Source: Planctomycetaceae bacterium
Lineage (GTDB): Bacteria > Planctomycetota > Planctomycetia > Pirellulales > UBA1268
DNA: 40,081 nucleotides
Assembly (NCBI GenBank): GCA_018694455.1
Contig: JABHNP010000200.1
Coordinates: forward strand, 1-40,081
Direction of reading: 5' to 3'
This document shows positions 1 to 10,573 of this stretch, piece after piece. The translations under genes were made by a program, and so were the position numbers. The notes beneath the pieces were generated by a model. It worked only from the letters and a program-made list of their open reading frames with translations. It did not search any database and was not told where the DNA came from. How positions within the stretch are numbered: position 1 is the first letter of the stretch; each line of letters begins with the position of its first letter.

Positions 1-555
1 CTGTGCGAGTGTCAGTACCTCGTTGTAGTCAGTGCCATCCTGTTCCATCTTTGTGAGAATGAAATTACTTGTTCCATTTAGAATTCCACGGATCGAGGAT
101 ATTCTGTTTCCCGTAAGGCATTCTGATATGGCTGACACGATCGGAATTCCTCCAGCAACAGCCGCCTCAAAAGCAATGGATCGCCCCATTTCATGAGCCA
201 CTCCAAAGAGTTCGGGGCCGTGCTCTGCCAGTAACGCCTTGTTCGCTGTTACCAAGTCTTTCCCACTCTTAAGAAGTTCGATGGCGAGTGTCCGGGCAGG
301 CTCAAGACCTCCCAGAAGGAGAGCTACGATACTTATATCTGGATTGTCTCTGACTTGAGCGAAATCATTCGATATCTGGTCACCCGGCAGTTCGATACTT
401 CGTTGTTTACTAGGATCCTGCACGACAACATGATCAACAAGTACTGCCCGACCCGCCTGCCGCGAAATATGTTCCGCTGAATCCTGAAGAACACGTACAA
501 CACCGGTGCCTACCGTTCCCATGCCGATAAGGCCAATACGTATAGGGCTCGTCAT
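1..555 (-). CDS. hom: homoserine dehydrogenase, N-terminal 185 codons (continues beyond window start)
   Basis: The reverse complement from ATG (complement of 553-555) reads MTSPIRIGLIGMGTVGTGVVRVL...DLVTANKALLAEHGPELF...AFEAAVAGGIPIV...IRGILNGTSNFILTKMEQDGTDYNEVLTLAQ, with no stop down to base 1. It has a Rossmann GxGxxG plus TANK and GILNGTxN motifs typical of homoserine dehydrogenase. It is absent from the ORF track because the window edge truncates it. Confidence 0.8.
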   Translation of the reverse strand, partial: MTSPIRIGLIGMGTVGTGVVRVLQDSAEHISRQAGRAVLVDHVVVQDPSKQRSIELPGDQISNDFAQVRDNPDISIVALLLGGLEPARTLAIELLKSGKDLVTANKALLAEHGPELFGVAHEMGRSIAFEAAVAGGIPIVSAISECLTGNRISSIRGILNGTSNFILTKMEQDGTDYNEVLTLAQ

Positions 556-742
556 TTTTTTATCCCAAAAGTGTCTCAAATGTGTTCCGTTTCATGTTCT
601 ACAAGAGTACTTCGCTGCGTGTCTCACTGGAAGCGACGCGTGTTGAGCACGCAGACGATGCGACATCACCCCACTGAATGAAAAAGTTTGGTAGTCTTCG
701 GTTGACGTTTTTTCAACTTGAACCTCGTGAGGAGTTACACCC

Positions 743-1807
743 TTGGATACAGCTGCCCATGATTTCCTGGTCAGGATTCTTGAAACACCAAGTGCTTCCG
801 GTTACGAGGAGCCCGTTCAAAAGATTGTTCGTGAATACCTAAAGTCCTGTGCTGATAAAATTGAGACTGATGCGCACGGAAACGTAATTGGAACAGCTAA
901 TCCGGATGGTGCGTGCCGAATGTTTCTGGCAGGACATTGTGACCAAATTGGGCTCATTGTGCAGCATATCGATGGTGATGGATATATCTCTGTACAACCA
1001 ATTGGTGGGTGGGACCCAATGCAACTTATTGGAACTCATGTAGTGATCTGGACTTCCAACGGTGGTGTTCCTGGAGTCATGAGCAGAAAGCCCATACACC
1101 TCCTTACCGACGACGAGCGGAAAACAGTTCCTAAGATGAAGGATCTCTGGATTGATATCGGCGCTGGCACAAAAGAGGAGGCAGAGCAGGTTGTTCGTGT
1201 AGGAGACTCCGCCACATTTGCGTTAAAATATCAGCCGCTTCGAAATGGACTCGCGGCATCTGTAGCTATGGATGACAAAATTGGTCTGTGGGTTGTTATT
1301 GAGGCGTTTCGCCGGGCAGTTGCCGCTGGTCCCCTACCCTGTGCTCTTTCCGTCGCATCAACCGTACAAGAAGAAATAGGCCTACGTGGTGCAAAAACAA
1401 GCTGTCACAGGGTTAATCCTCATGTTGCAATCGCTGTCGATGTCACACATGCAACAGATTGCCCAACGATTGATAAAAAAACCGAAGGGGATATCTCACT
1501 TGGGCAAGGACCGGTTGTGTATCGAGGTCCAAATATGCACCCCCAGGTAGTCGAACGGCTATTAAACGCTGGTGAGACACACGATATTCCAATTCAACTG
1601 GCGGCATTCGGACGAGCCACCCCGACTGATGCCAATGTTCTTCAGGTCTCCCGCGATGGTGTTGCTACCGGTCTTGTCAGCGTACCTAATCGATATATGC
1701 ATTCTGCCGTCGAAACGATCTCTTTAGAAGACGCTGACAACACAGCGGACCTCCTTGCTGCATTCTGCCGAAATCTCGAGGGGGACATTGACTGGTCTCC
1801 AAAATAG
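743..1807 (+). CDS. M42 family metallopeptidase (FrvX/PepA/CelM-type aminopeptidase)
   Basis: 354-codon ORF with a TTG start about 8 nt after GAGGAG. Metal-ligand motifs occur in M42 order: LAGHCDQIG, AMDDKIG, VQEEIGLRGA, AIAVDVTHA, and NRYMHS near the C-terminus. Confidence 0.8.
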   Translation: MDTAAHDFLVRILETPSASGYEEPVQKIVREYLKSCADKIETDAHGNVIGTANPDGACRMFLAGHCDQIGLIVQHIDGDGYISVQPIGGWDPMQLIGTHVVIWTSNGGVPGVMSRKPIHLLTDDERKTVPKMKDLWIDIGAGTKEEAEQVVRVGDSATFALKYQPLRNGLAASVAMDDKIGLWVVIEAFRRAVAAGPLPCALSVASTVQEEIGLRGAKTSCHRVNPHVAIAVDVTHATDCPTIDKKTEGDISLGQGPVVYRGPNMHPQVVERLLNAGETHDIPIQLAAFGRATPTDANVLQVSRDGVATGLVSVPNRYMHSAVETISLEDADNTADLLAAFCRNLEGDIDWSPK

Positions 1808-1832
1808 TTTCAGTTTCAGGATATTTTGTCTC

Positions 1833-1860
1833 CGGTGCCAAACCTGCCAAAAAGGCACCG
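1833..1860 (+). terminator. candidate stem-loop after the M42 peptidase gene
   Basis: CGGTGCC-N14-GGCACCG, a 7-bp perfect stem 26 nt after the stop. It is followed by GTGTTGTACGGTTTT. The large loop and weak U-tract make this a low-confidence call. Confidence 0.3.
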
Positions 1861-2028
1861 TGTTGTACGGTTTTAGAAATCAGGCAAGGCCCTTCCCTAA
1901 CAAAACGCAACAGAAACCCGATAAAATTGGGGCAAAAAAAAAATTCCTTACTTTGGGCTCTCCGGCACAAAGGTTGCATTCTCTCATAATGGATATTGGT
2001 GTGGCTGCCAGAACAGCCCATCTCATGA

Positions 2029-3777
<1,749 letters not shown>

Positions 3778-3862
3778 ACCCGTTGATAGTACAAAAATGA
3801 GGGGTTCCTCGTTGAAAGGCCCCTGACTTTGACGTTTGTTGATAATTACTTTGGAGTGAAAA

Positions 3863-4168
3863 ATGGCTGCAAAAAAACTAAAAATTCACCCGCTTGATGA
3901 CAGGATTGTTGTTGAGCCTGTTGAAGCAGAAGAGCGTACATCAGGTGGCATTGTGCTGCCCGACTCAGCTCAAGAAAAACCGCAGCGTGGACACGTTGTA
4001 GCCGTTGGACCTGGCCGCCTTCTCGACAGTGGCCAACGTGCCAGCCTGTTGGTTTCGCTGGGTGATGAGGTCATCTATGGCAAGTATTCAGGTAACGACA
4101 TGGAAGTGGACGGCCACGATGTCAAAATCCTCCGTGAGAGTGACATCCTAGCAAAGGTTCTCAATTAA
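3863..4168 (+). CDS. groES: co-chaperonin GroES (Cpn10)
   Basis: 101 aa with ATG 9 nt after GGAG. Typical Cpn10 sequence: [45 protein letters not shown]...[13 protein letters not shown]. Confidence 0.95.
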   Translation: MAAKKLKIHPLDDRIVVEPVEAEERTSGGIVLPDSAQEKPQRGHVVAVGPGRLLDSGQRASLLVSLGDEVIYGKYSGNDMEVDGHDVKILRESDILAKVLN

Positions 4169-4298
4169 ACGGTCATTCACGTGACTTTTTACAGTCACCA
4201 GGTTTTAAAGTGGGTCAAAAATCCACGCTGTAGTGAGTTCTGAAAAATAACAATTACGTTCCAGCCGGGATGGTTGGCTATTGAAGGAGAGACAAGTC

Positions 4299-5918
4299 GT
4301 GCCCAAGCAATTGCTTTTTGAAGACTATGCCCGTGGAAAACTTCTTAAGGGTGTTGAAAAACTCGCTGATGCAGTCGCTGTTACGATGGGGCCAACTGGC
4401 CGCAACGTGATCATTGACAAAAGTTTTGGTGGCCCAACCGTGACTAAAGACGGAGTGACGGTTAGTAAGGAAGTTGATCTTGAAGATGCTTTCGAAAACA
4501 TGGGCGCAAAGCTAGTTAATGAGGTAGCGTCAAAAACATCTGATCTCGCTGGTGATGGAACGACTACTGCAACAGTTCTCGCACGATCGATATTCCGTGA
4601 AGGGATTCGCAACATTGTCGCAGGAAGTAACCCTACGGCGGTACGTCGGGGTATCGAAAAAGGTGTTGCAGCCGCAGTACAACATCTTATGGAAATTGCA
4701 CGCCAAGTGAGTCGACCGGAAGAAGTTGCTCAGGTTGGCTCTATTAGCGCTAATAATGATACTTTCATTGGAGACCTTTTGGCCGAAGCATTGCAAAAAG
4801 TTGGCAAAGATGGCGTCATTACTGTTGAAGAAGGCAAAACAACTGAGACGGCAGTTCGGTTTGTTGACGGAATGCAATTTGATAAGGGATATATCTCACC
4901 GTATTTTATTAATAAGCCAGCAGAAATGACCTGTGAATTTGAGGATGCACTAATCCTTATTCACGAGAAAAAAATCTCAAACCTTCGTGAATTGGTGCCT
5001 TTGCTCGAAAAAGTTGCTCAGTCAGGGAAACCATTTTTCATCATTGCTGAAGACATTGACGGCGATGCCCTCACTGCACTAGTCGTGAATAAACTCCGCG
5101 GTGTTCTGAATATTTCAGCAGCAAAAGCACCTGGGTTTGGCGATCGTCGGAAAGCAATGCTTGGTGACATTGCCACACTCACTGGAGGCACTCTTATAAG
5201 TGAAGACCTCGGCATAAAACTTGAAAACGTCGAACTCTCACATCTTGGTTCAGCCCGCACCATCACCATTGATAAAGACGAAACAACGATTGTTGAGGGA
5301 GCAGGCAAGCCTGCAGACGTGAAGGCCCGAGTTCAGCAAATACGAAACCAGCTGGAAGCAACGGAGAGCGAGTACGATCGCGAAAAGCTCCAAGAACGGC
5401 TCGCCAAATTGACTGGTGGCGTTGCCATTGTCTCCGTTGGTGCCGGAACTGAAGCTGAAATGAAACAAAAAAAAGCCCGTGTTGAAGATGCCCTGCACGC
5501 AACACGCGCAGCTGTTGAAGAGGGTATCGTTCCTGGCGGTGGCGTTGCTTTAGTGCGGTGCCGGGAATCGATAGAAAAAGCACGCTCACAGGCTAAGGGT
5601 GATGAAAAAATAGGGATCGATATTATCCTCGGTGCTCTCGAAGCACCTTTACGCCAGATCGCTGAAAATGCCGGAATCGACGGCGGTGTCGTTGCAGATG
5701 AAGTTTCCCAAAAAGATCTTCATACCGGCTACGATGCGAACAAAGGCGAGTACGTTGACATGGTGAAAGCCGGAATTATTGATCCAGTCAAGGTTGTGCG
5801 TGTTGCCCTCACAAACGCAGCGAGTATCTCAGGCCTGCTGCTAACCACAGAAGCGCTCGTGACAAATCTCGAAAAAGAGGATGCAAAGAAGCAGCGAATT
5901 GAAGGGTCCGTACGCTAA
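4299..5918 (+). CDS. groEL: chaperonin GroEL (Cpn60), copy 2, without GGM tail
   Basis: The ORF track gives 4281-5918. My preferred start is GTG 4299 ([14 protein letters not shown]), after GAAGGAGAG. Motifs: [49 protein letters not shown]. It ends ...[17 protein letters not shown] rather than in GGM repeats. Confidence 0.95.
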   Translation: MPKQLLFEDYARGKLLKGVEKLADAVAVTMGPTGRNVIIDKSFGGPTVTKDGVTVSKEVDLEDAFENMGAKLVNEVASKTSDLAGDGTTTATVLARSIFREGIRNIVAGSNPTAVRRGIEKGVAAAVQHLMEIARQVSRPEEVAQVGSISANNDTFIGDLLAEALQKVGKDGVITVEEGKTTETAVRFVDGMQFDKGYISPYFINKPAEMTCEFEDALILIHEKKISNLRELVPLLEKVAQSGKPFFIIAEDIDGDALTALVVNKLRGVLNISAAKAPGFGDRRKAMLGDIATLTGGTLISEDLGIKLENVELSHLGSARTITIDKDETTIVEGAGKPADVKARVQQIRNQLEATESEYDREKLQERLAKLTGGVAIVSVGAGTEAEMKQKKARVEDALHATRAAVEEGIVPGGGVALVRCRESIEKARSQAKGDEKIGIDIILGALEAPLRQIAENAGIDGGVVADEVSQKDLHTGYDANKGEYVDMVKAGIIDPVKVVRVALTNAASISGLLLTTEALVTNLEKEDAKKQRIEGSVR

Positions 5919-5978
5919 GCCTGTTGATCTGCTCATCATTTTCACGCAAATGAAAAACGTTTATCAGAAAGCGTGTCA

Positions 5979-6024
5979 GCAAACAACATAAGGCAACGTC
6001 AGTGTAATCCACGCTGTTGTTTGC
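5979..6024 (+). promoter_or_regulatory. 10-bp perfect inverted repeat between groEL copy 2 and dnaJ
   Basis: GCAAACAACA (5979-5988) and TGTTGTTTGC (6015-6024) are separated by 26 nt. The 3' arm ends 3 nt before the dnaJ Shine-Dalgarno GGAGGA (6028-6033). No U-tract follows. Confidence 0.3.
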
Positions 6025-6039
6025 CTGGAGGAATGAGCG

Positions 6040-7203
6040 GTGGATCAAAGATGTTACTACGAAGTCTTAGGCATTGAACGACGTGCTACCTCGGGCCAGA
6101 TAACCGAAGCCTATAGACGCCTGGCAATTCAATTTCACCCCGATAAGAACCAGGGGGACGAAGAAGCCTCTAACAAATTTAAAGAGGCTGCCCGTGCCTT
6201 CGAGGTACTCTCAGATGATTCCCTGAGGGGCCGCTATGACCGTTTCGGCCACGCAGGTTTGCAGGGTGGTGGAGGCAGCGGCGGCCAACATGAGTTTAAT
6301 GACATCTCTGATATTTTCGAGGCGTTCGGTGACCTTTTCGGTGGCGGAATGTTCGGTGGTGGTGGTCGTGGCGCTAGAGCCCAAAAGGGTCGAGACGTGT
6401 TCTGCGAGGTATCGCTCACCTTGCTTGAAGCCTCTCGAGGTGAAAGCAAGACCATTCATTTCAGACGACATGAAGAATGTGGAACCTGTCATGGGAGTGG
6501 CGCAAAAGCTGGAACTTCACCACAGACGTGTGACTACTGTGCCGGGCAGGGACAGGTGCTACAGAGCTCCGGTATTTTTCGTCTTCAAACAACATGCCCG
6601 GCTTGTCGGGGCGCAGGCAAAACAATTCGTGATAAATGCTCAGATTGCCGAGGACACGGGCTCACCGAGGTCGCTGTAGAACGAAAAGTGACCATACCAC
6701 CTGGTGTTGATAATGATGTTCGCGTGCGACTTGGTGGAGAAGGCGAGCCTGGCGCAAGCGGTGGACCTCCCGGCGACTGTTACTGCGTTATTGAAATTCT
6801 TGAACATCCGTTTCTCACTCGGGATGGCCACGAACTCCACTGCGAAGTGCCGCTGACGTTTAGCCAGTGTGCCCTCGGCACCACTCTTGATGCACCTACC
6901 TTGGACGGAGCAAAACCATTACAAATACCGAAGGGCACCCAACCTGGTGATATCATTCGTGTCCGTGGTCTTGGGATGCCTGATGTTCGTGGTCGTGGTG
7001 TCGGCGATCTTCACGTCCACATTCATGTTGAGGTACCGAAGAAGCTGTCAACGCGGGCTGAGGAATTATTTCGAGAATTAGCGGAAGAGGAACAGGCCGA
7101 AGTGAGTCCAAAACGATCAAGTTTTTTGACAAGACTTGCAGAATACTTTAACCCTGAGCAGAATGCCGCAACGGCAGAGTCACACACAACGGACGATACG
7201 TAA
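6040..7203 (+). CDS. dnaJ: molecular chaperone DnaJ (type I Hsp40)
   Basis: GTG start 6 nt after GGAGGA. It has a J domain with HPD (YYEVLGI...FHPDKN), a G/F-rich region and four CxxCxGxG zinc-finger repeats (CGTCHGSG, CDYCAGQG, CPACRGAG, CSDCRGHG). Confidence 0.95.
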   Translation: MDQRCYYEVLGIERRATSGQITEAYRRLAIQFHPDKNQGDEEASNKFKEAARAFEVLSDDSLRGRYDRFGHAGLQGGGGSGGQHEFNDISDIFEAFGDLFGGGMFGGGGRGARAQKGRDVFCEVSLTLLEASRGESKTIHFRRHEECGTCHGSGAKAGTSPQTCDYCAGQGQVLQSSGIFRLQTTCPACRGAGKTIRDKCSDCRGHGLTEVAVERKVTIPPGVDNDVRVRLGGEGEPGASGGPPGDCYCVIEILEHPFLTRDGHELHCEVPLTFSQCALGTTLDAPTLDGAKPLQIPKGTQPGDIIRVRGLGMPDVRGRGVGDLHVHIHVEVPKKLSTRAEELFRELAEEEQAEVSPKRSSFLTRLAEYFNPEQNAATAESHTTDDT

Positions 7204-7230
7204 ACGAACAATTCTAACTTCTGATTTTCA

Positions 7231-7779
7231 ATGACGACGGTTGAGGAAGCTATTATGCAGGACGAAACAACACCAGAAAACATCGACGACGTGCCGGTCA
7301 AAAAAGCCGAACACACTGATGCAGCGGTGAGCAGTGATGAGGTTGAGCATAAGCTCAACGATGCTGAGGAACGGGTGTTACGAGCACAGGCGGAAATTGA
7401 AAATGTGCGAAAACGAGGACAGCGAGAATTACAAGACATTCTTCGATATGGAGAAATGAATCTCCTAAGAGACATTCTGCCAGTACTTGATAATATCGAA
7501 CGCGCTGTTGATGCCAGCGAACAGACAACCGATATAGAAAGCCTCAGAGAAGGCTTTCGAATGACGGCAAAACAGATCGAAAAAATCTTAGAAGGTCATA
7601 ACTGCAAACAAATTGAGACTGATAACGCAGTCTTCGACCCGGCTGTACACGAAGCAATTTCTCAACAGCCTGGCGGTGATGCCGTTCCAGGTTCAGTAAT
7701 TGGTGTCACAAGTCGAGGATATGTACTTCATGATAGGGTCGTTCGTCCCGCTCAGGTCATCGTCGCTGCAAATGAATAA
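7231..7779 (+). CDS. grpE: nucleotide exchange factor GrpE
   Basis: 182-aa ORF with an acidic N-terminus. The coiled-coil region LRAQAEIENVRKRGQRE and the C-terminal beta domain (FDPAVHEAISQ...GYVLHDRVVRPAQVIV) are typical of GrpE. An alternative start at ATG 7255 lies 6 nt after GAGGAA. Confidence 0.9.
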   Translation: MTTVEEAIMQDETTPENIDDVPVKKAEHTDAAVSSDEVEHKLNDAEERVLRAQAEIENVRKRGQRELQDILRYGEMNLLRDILPVLDNIERAVDASEQTTDIESLREGFRMTAKQIEKILEGHNCKQIETDNAVFDPAVHEAISQQPGGDAVPGSVIGVTSRGYVLHDRVVRPAQVIVAANE

Positions 7780-7843
7780 AATATTTTGCGGCAATGCCCC
7801 GTAACAAGCCCTCACTATTTCTTGCAGCAAAGGATGACGTGCC

Positions 7844-8143
7844 ATGCCAACTTATGACTATGTATGCGATGCGTGTGGACATGCATTTGAACTGTTTCAG
7901 TCAATGATGGATGGCGTAAAAAAAACGTGCCCAGAATGCAAAAAACGGAAACTCCGGCGGCTTATTGGAACAGGTGGAGCAATTGTATTTAAAGGCTCAG
8001 GCTTCTACCAAACAGACTACCGCAGCGAGTCATACAAGAAGGCAGCGGCCGCAGATAAACCCACCTCAACCAAGAGTGAAAAGCCAAAAAAAGAGAGTGG
8101 TTCGAAGCCTACGACTGACAACTCCAAATCCTCAGCAGACTAA
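7844..8143 (+). CDS. FmdB-family zinc-ribbon protein
   Basis: MPTYDYVCDACGHAFELFQSM...KTCPECKK has two CxxC pairs in the FmdB/CxxC_CxxC_SSSS arrangement. It is followed by GSGFY and a Lys/Ser/Thr-rich tail. The ATG lies after AAGGA. Confidence 0.75.
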   Translation: MPTYDYVCDACGHAFELFQSMMDGVKKTCPECKKRKLRRLIGTGGAIVFKGSGFYQTDYRSESYKKAAAADKPTSTKSEKPKKESGSKPTTDNSKSSAD

Positions 8144-8209
8144 TACGACACCCTTACCTCAGAATTGAACCGCTGTCCTAAGCTATACCGCCCACTACAT
8201 AAAGAACTT

Positions 8210-8407
8210 ATGCCTCAATGCCCAGTCTGTGACGCGGTGGTTTCACTCAGGAGTGAGTCAGGGTGTGCTGCCACGCCGACAGCGCCTTTTTGCAGCGAAC
8301 GTTGTCAAAATATCGACCTTGGTCGATGGCTTGACGAAAGGTACAACGTTCCCCACATTGCTCGAAATGAAGATGAGACTGACGAAGAAATGCACCCTGA
8401 TGAGTAA
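8210..8407 (+). CDS. yacG: DNA gyrase inhibitor YacG-type zinc-finger protein
   Basis: From ATG 8210: MPQCPVCDAVV...PFCSERCQNIDLGRWLDERYNVP plus an acidic tail. This matches the YacG pattern CPxC...PFCSxRCQxIDLGxW. The ORF-track TTG at 8165 adds 15 unconserved-looking residues. Confidence 0.7.
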   Translation: MPQCPVCDAVVSLRSESGCAATPTAPFCSERCQNIDLGRWLDERYNVPHIARNEDETDEEMHPDE

Positions 8408-8497
8408 TCTTTGCCGGTCGATTAGGTGACCTAGCCATGACTTTGGTAGTCTTCTAACCTCACCCTTGCGTTTCACAATTTCTCGTTTTGGTACACC

Positions 8498-9673
8498 ATG
8501 ATGACCGACAATTCGCAGCCTCCCAGCCGTGCACAAATTATCCATGAAATTATTTGGAGTGAAGCCTTCCCGTGGTGGATTCTCTTCAAAGCAGCCGGTG
8601 TTGCTTTTTCACCAGCTGTCATACTTCTTGCAACTCTTGCAACAGCAGGCACCTGGGCTGGCTTTTCTGCCATTGATTCTTTTGGCCTGCCCTCTGAAGG
8701 AATAACACAGGCGTCATCCACAATTGAAGGCTGTGCTGGAGGTGAATCCACTGAAATACTTCTGCCAACACCGAGTAGGGTTGTCCTGCCAACAATCTCG
8801 TCTCAGATCGCGCAATTGCCCGTACCAGTGCGTGAGTTTCTGGCTCTTGTAGCAACGCCGTGGAATCCACTTGCGACCTGGAGTGAGTTTCTTGGAGGTC
8901 TCCTGCGATGCATCTGGTTTCTTCTCGTCTGGTCTATCTTTGCAACCAGCATCACACGCTATGTTGCGCTTCGTTTAGTTGATGAAGAACTTCCCGGTTT
9001 CCGTGAGGTTCTGCGGTTTGGTGTTGTCAAATGGCCAGCAGCCTTCAACTCTGCAGCTTTTGTTTTTCTTGGTATCGTGGCTCTTGCCGTCCCAGGTGGT
9101 CTCCTCGGCCTTGTTATGCGATTCGACTGGGGTCTCGCAATCATCGGTGTTATTTGGCCGCTAATTCTTGCCGGAGCGGTTATTCTTGCCATTCTAGGTA
9201 TCGGCCTGGCAGCAGGGTGGCCACTCATGGTTGCTGCTGTAAGTGTGGAGCGAGGCGATAGTTTTCAAGCTATTTCAACTGCTTTTTCCTACCTCTACCA
9301 ACGACCACTTCATTTTGCGTTCTATGGTCTCGTTGCATGCATACTCGCTGTCTTAGGGTTTTTCGCAGCTGGACTTTTTGCCGATACGACTGTGTTGTTC
9401 GCTTTATGGGCAGGTAGTTTTGGAATGGGCCACGAACGAACAACCGAGGTGATTCTCGCGATCACACGTGGCAGTGCAGACCCGCGATGGGGCATACAGA
9501 TACTACAGTTTTGGACTGACGGTTTACGTATCCTGCTTGGATCATTCGGCTGGGGGTTTTTCTGGTGTGTTGTACCCGCAATTTATCTTTTGCTACGGCA
9601 GAGTGTTGATGCTACAGAGCTGGATGAGATTGTCTTAGATGAACCCGGAACGAATCAGTCTATAACTCAATAA
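8498..9673 (+). CDS. polytopic membrane protein, function unknown
   Basis: 391-aa ORF with about 8 long hydrophobic segments, for example AVILLATLATAGTWAGF, AAFVFLGIVALAVPGGLLGLV, VIWPLILAGAVILAILGIGLAAGWPLMVAAV and FYGLVACILAVLGFFAAGLF. I recognise no catalytic motif. Confidence 0.6.
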   Translation: MMTDNSQPPSRAQIIHEIIWSEAFPWWILFKAAGVAFSPAVILLATLATAGTWAGFSAIDSFGLPSEGITQASSTIEGCAGGESTEILLPTPSRVVLPTISSQIAQLPVPVREFLALVATPWNPLATWSEFLGGLLRCIWFLLVWSIFATSITRYVALRLVDEELPGFREVLRFGVVKWPAAFNSAAFVFLGIVALAVPGGLLGLVMRFDWGLAIIGVIWPLILAGAVILAILGIGLAAGWPLMVAAVSVERGDSFQAISTAFSYLYQRPLHFAFYGLVACILAVLGFFAAGLFADTTVLFALWAGSFGMGHERTTEVILAITRGSADPRWGIQILQFWTDGLRILLGSFGWGFFWCVVPAIYLLLRQSVDATELDEIVLDEPGTNQSITQ

Positions 9674-10093
9674 TGCGAACCACCCTGTGACCACCTGAGT
9701 AACAGCGGCTCGAGGCACGCAGGTCTGAGTACAGAGTCCAAGAAGCAACATGGTGGACGATACAAACCACACCACCCCAAACAAGTGCCTTTAATTATTC
9801 GTTCTTGTGAAGGGCACGCTCAATACAAGAATTTGTCTTAAATGACCTCATGATAACGGCTGTTGATGTAATCTTATATCGAAGGCTTTGGCCAAACATG
9901 GGGGTCCACCTGCTCCTCTTTCGTCAATACTGAACAAGGGCCAGTTACACAGTTTTGCACTAAACCAAACTCGTATCTTCAGCAAAACATGCCGTGCACG
10001 CAATTCATTTCACTTTTTAATGATGAAAGCAATTCACTCATGTCGGCAACACGACATCTCGTTCGTGCGGAGCCTTTCTTTCATCTGAAAAAG

Positions 10094-10492
10094 CTAACCC
10101 TCTTTAGTTGGAAGTGATGGTAGCCAGCGTCGGAGAAGGGCCGGGAAGGATCCGAATAACTCGCCGCGACTGACAGACTCGTCTACACCTGCAGCAACTG
10201 CATCATCGAGCCTTTGCTTATGAACATGTGGCCCAAATGCCACAACCTTCATTAACTTATTTTTCTCAGGTAGACTGTCCAACAGGACGCAGACCTTTGC
10301 CACGAGTACCGCTGGATCATCCCTAAACGCCTGCAAGTCAAGCAAGACAAGATCATAGTGATCGGAGCGGAGTTTGTCGTTCAGGCTGCGAAGTGTCTCA
10401 AGGAGGCAGTCTGCCTCTCTCGCAAGTCCGGCAAGCTTACTTGTTGACATGAGGTCCGGTGAAATCAACAAAATACGCATTTGTGGTGGCAC
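10094..10492 (-). CDS. stand-alone receiver-like (CheY-fold) protein, probably degenerate
   Basis: 132 aa. RILLISPD..., YDLVLLDL and VVAFGPHV follow the beta1/beta3/beta4 pattern of receiver domains. The beta1 acidic pair is SPD, and the usual beta4 Thr/Ser and beta5 Lys are not evident. Confidence 0.5.
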   Translation of the reverse strand: MPPQMRILLISPDLMSTSKLAGLAREADCLLETLRSLNDKLRSDHYDLVLLDLQAFRDDPAVLVAKVCVLLDSLPEKNKLMKVVAFGPHVHKQRLDDAVAAGVDESVSRGELFGSFPALLRRWLPSLPTKEG

Positions 10493-10573
10493 TTATCAGA
10501 CTTACGGCAAGCGGATGCAAAAACACTCCAATTACAATACCCACATGATGGGTCGTTCGTCGAGACAGATTTC

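Noticed and set aside
9888-10088. 66-aa TTG-start ORF in the long non-coding gap
   Set aside because: It has no Shine-Dalgarno, an odd composition (Cys/His/Phe/Ser-rich with no hydrophobic core pattern) and a non-ATG start. It is more likely non-coding.
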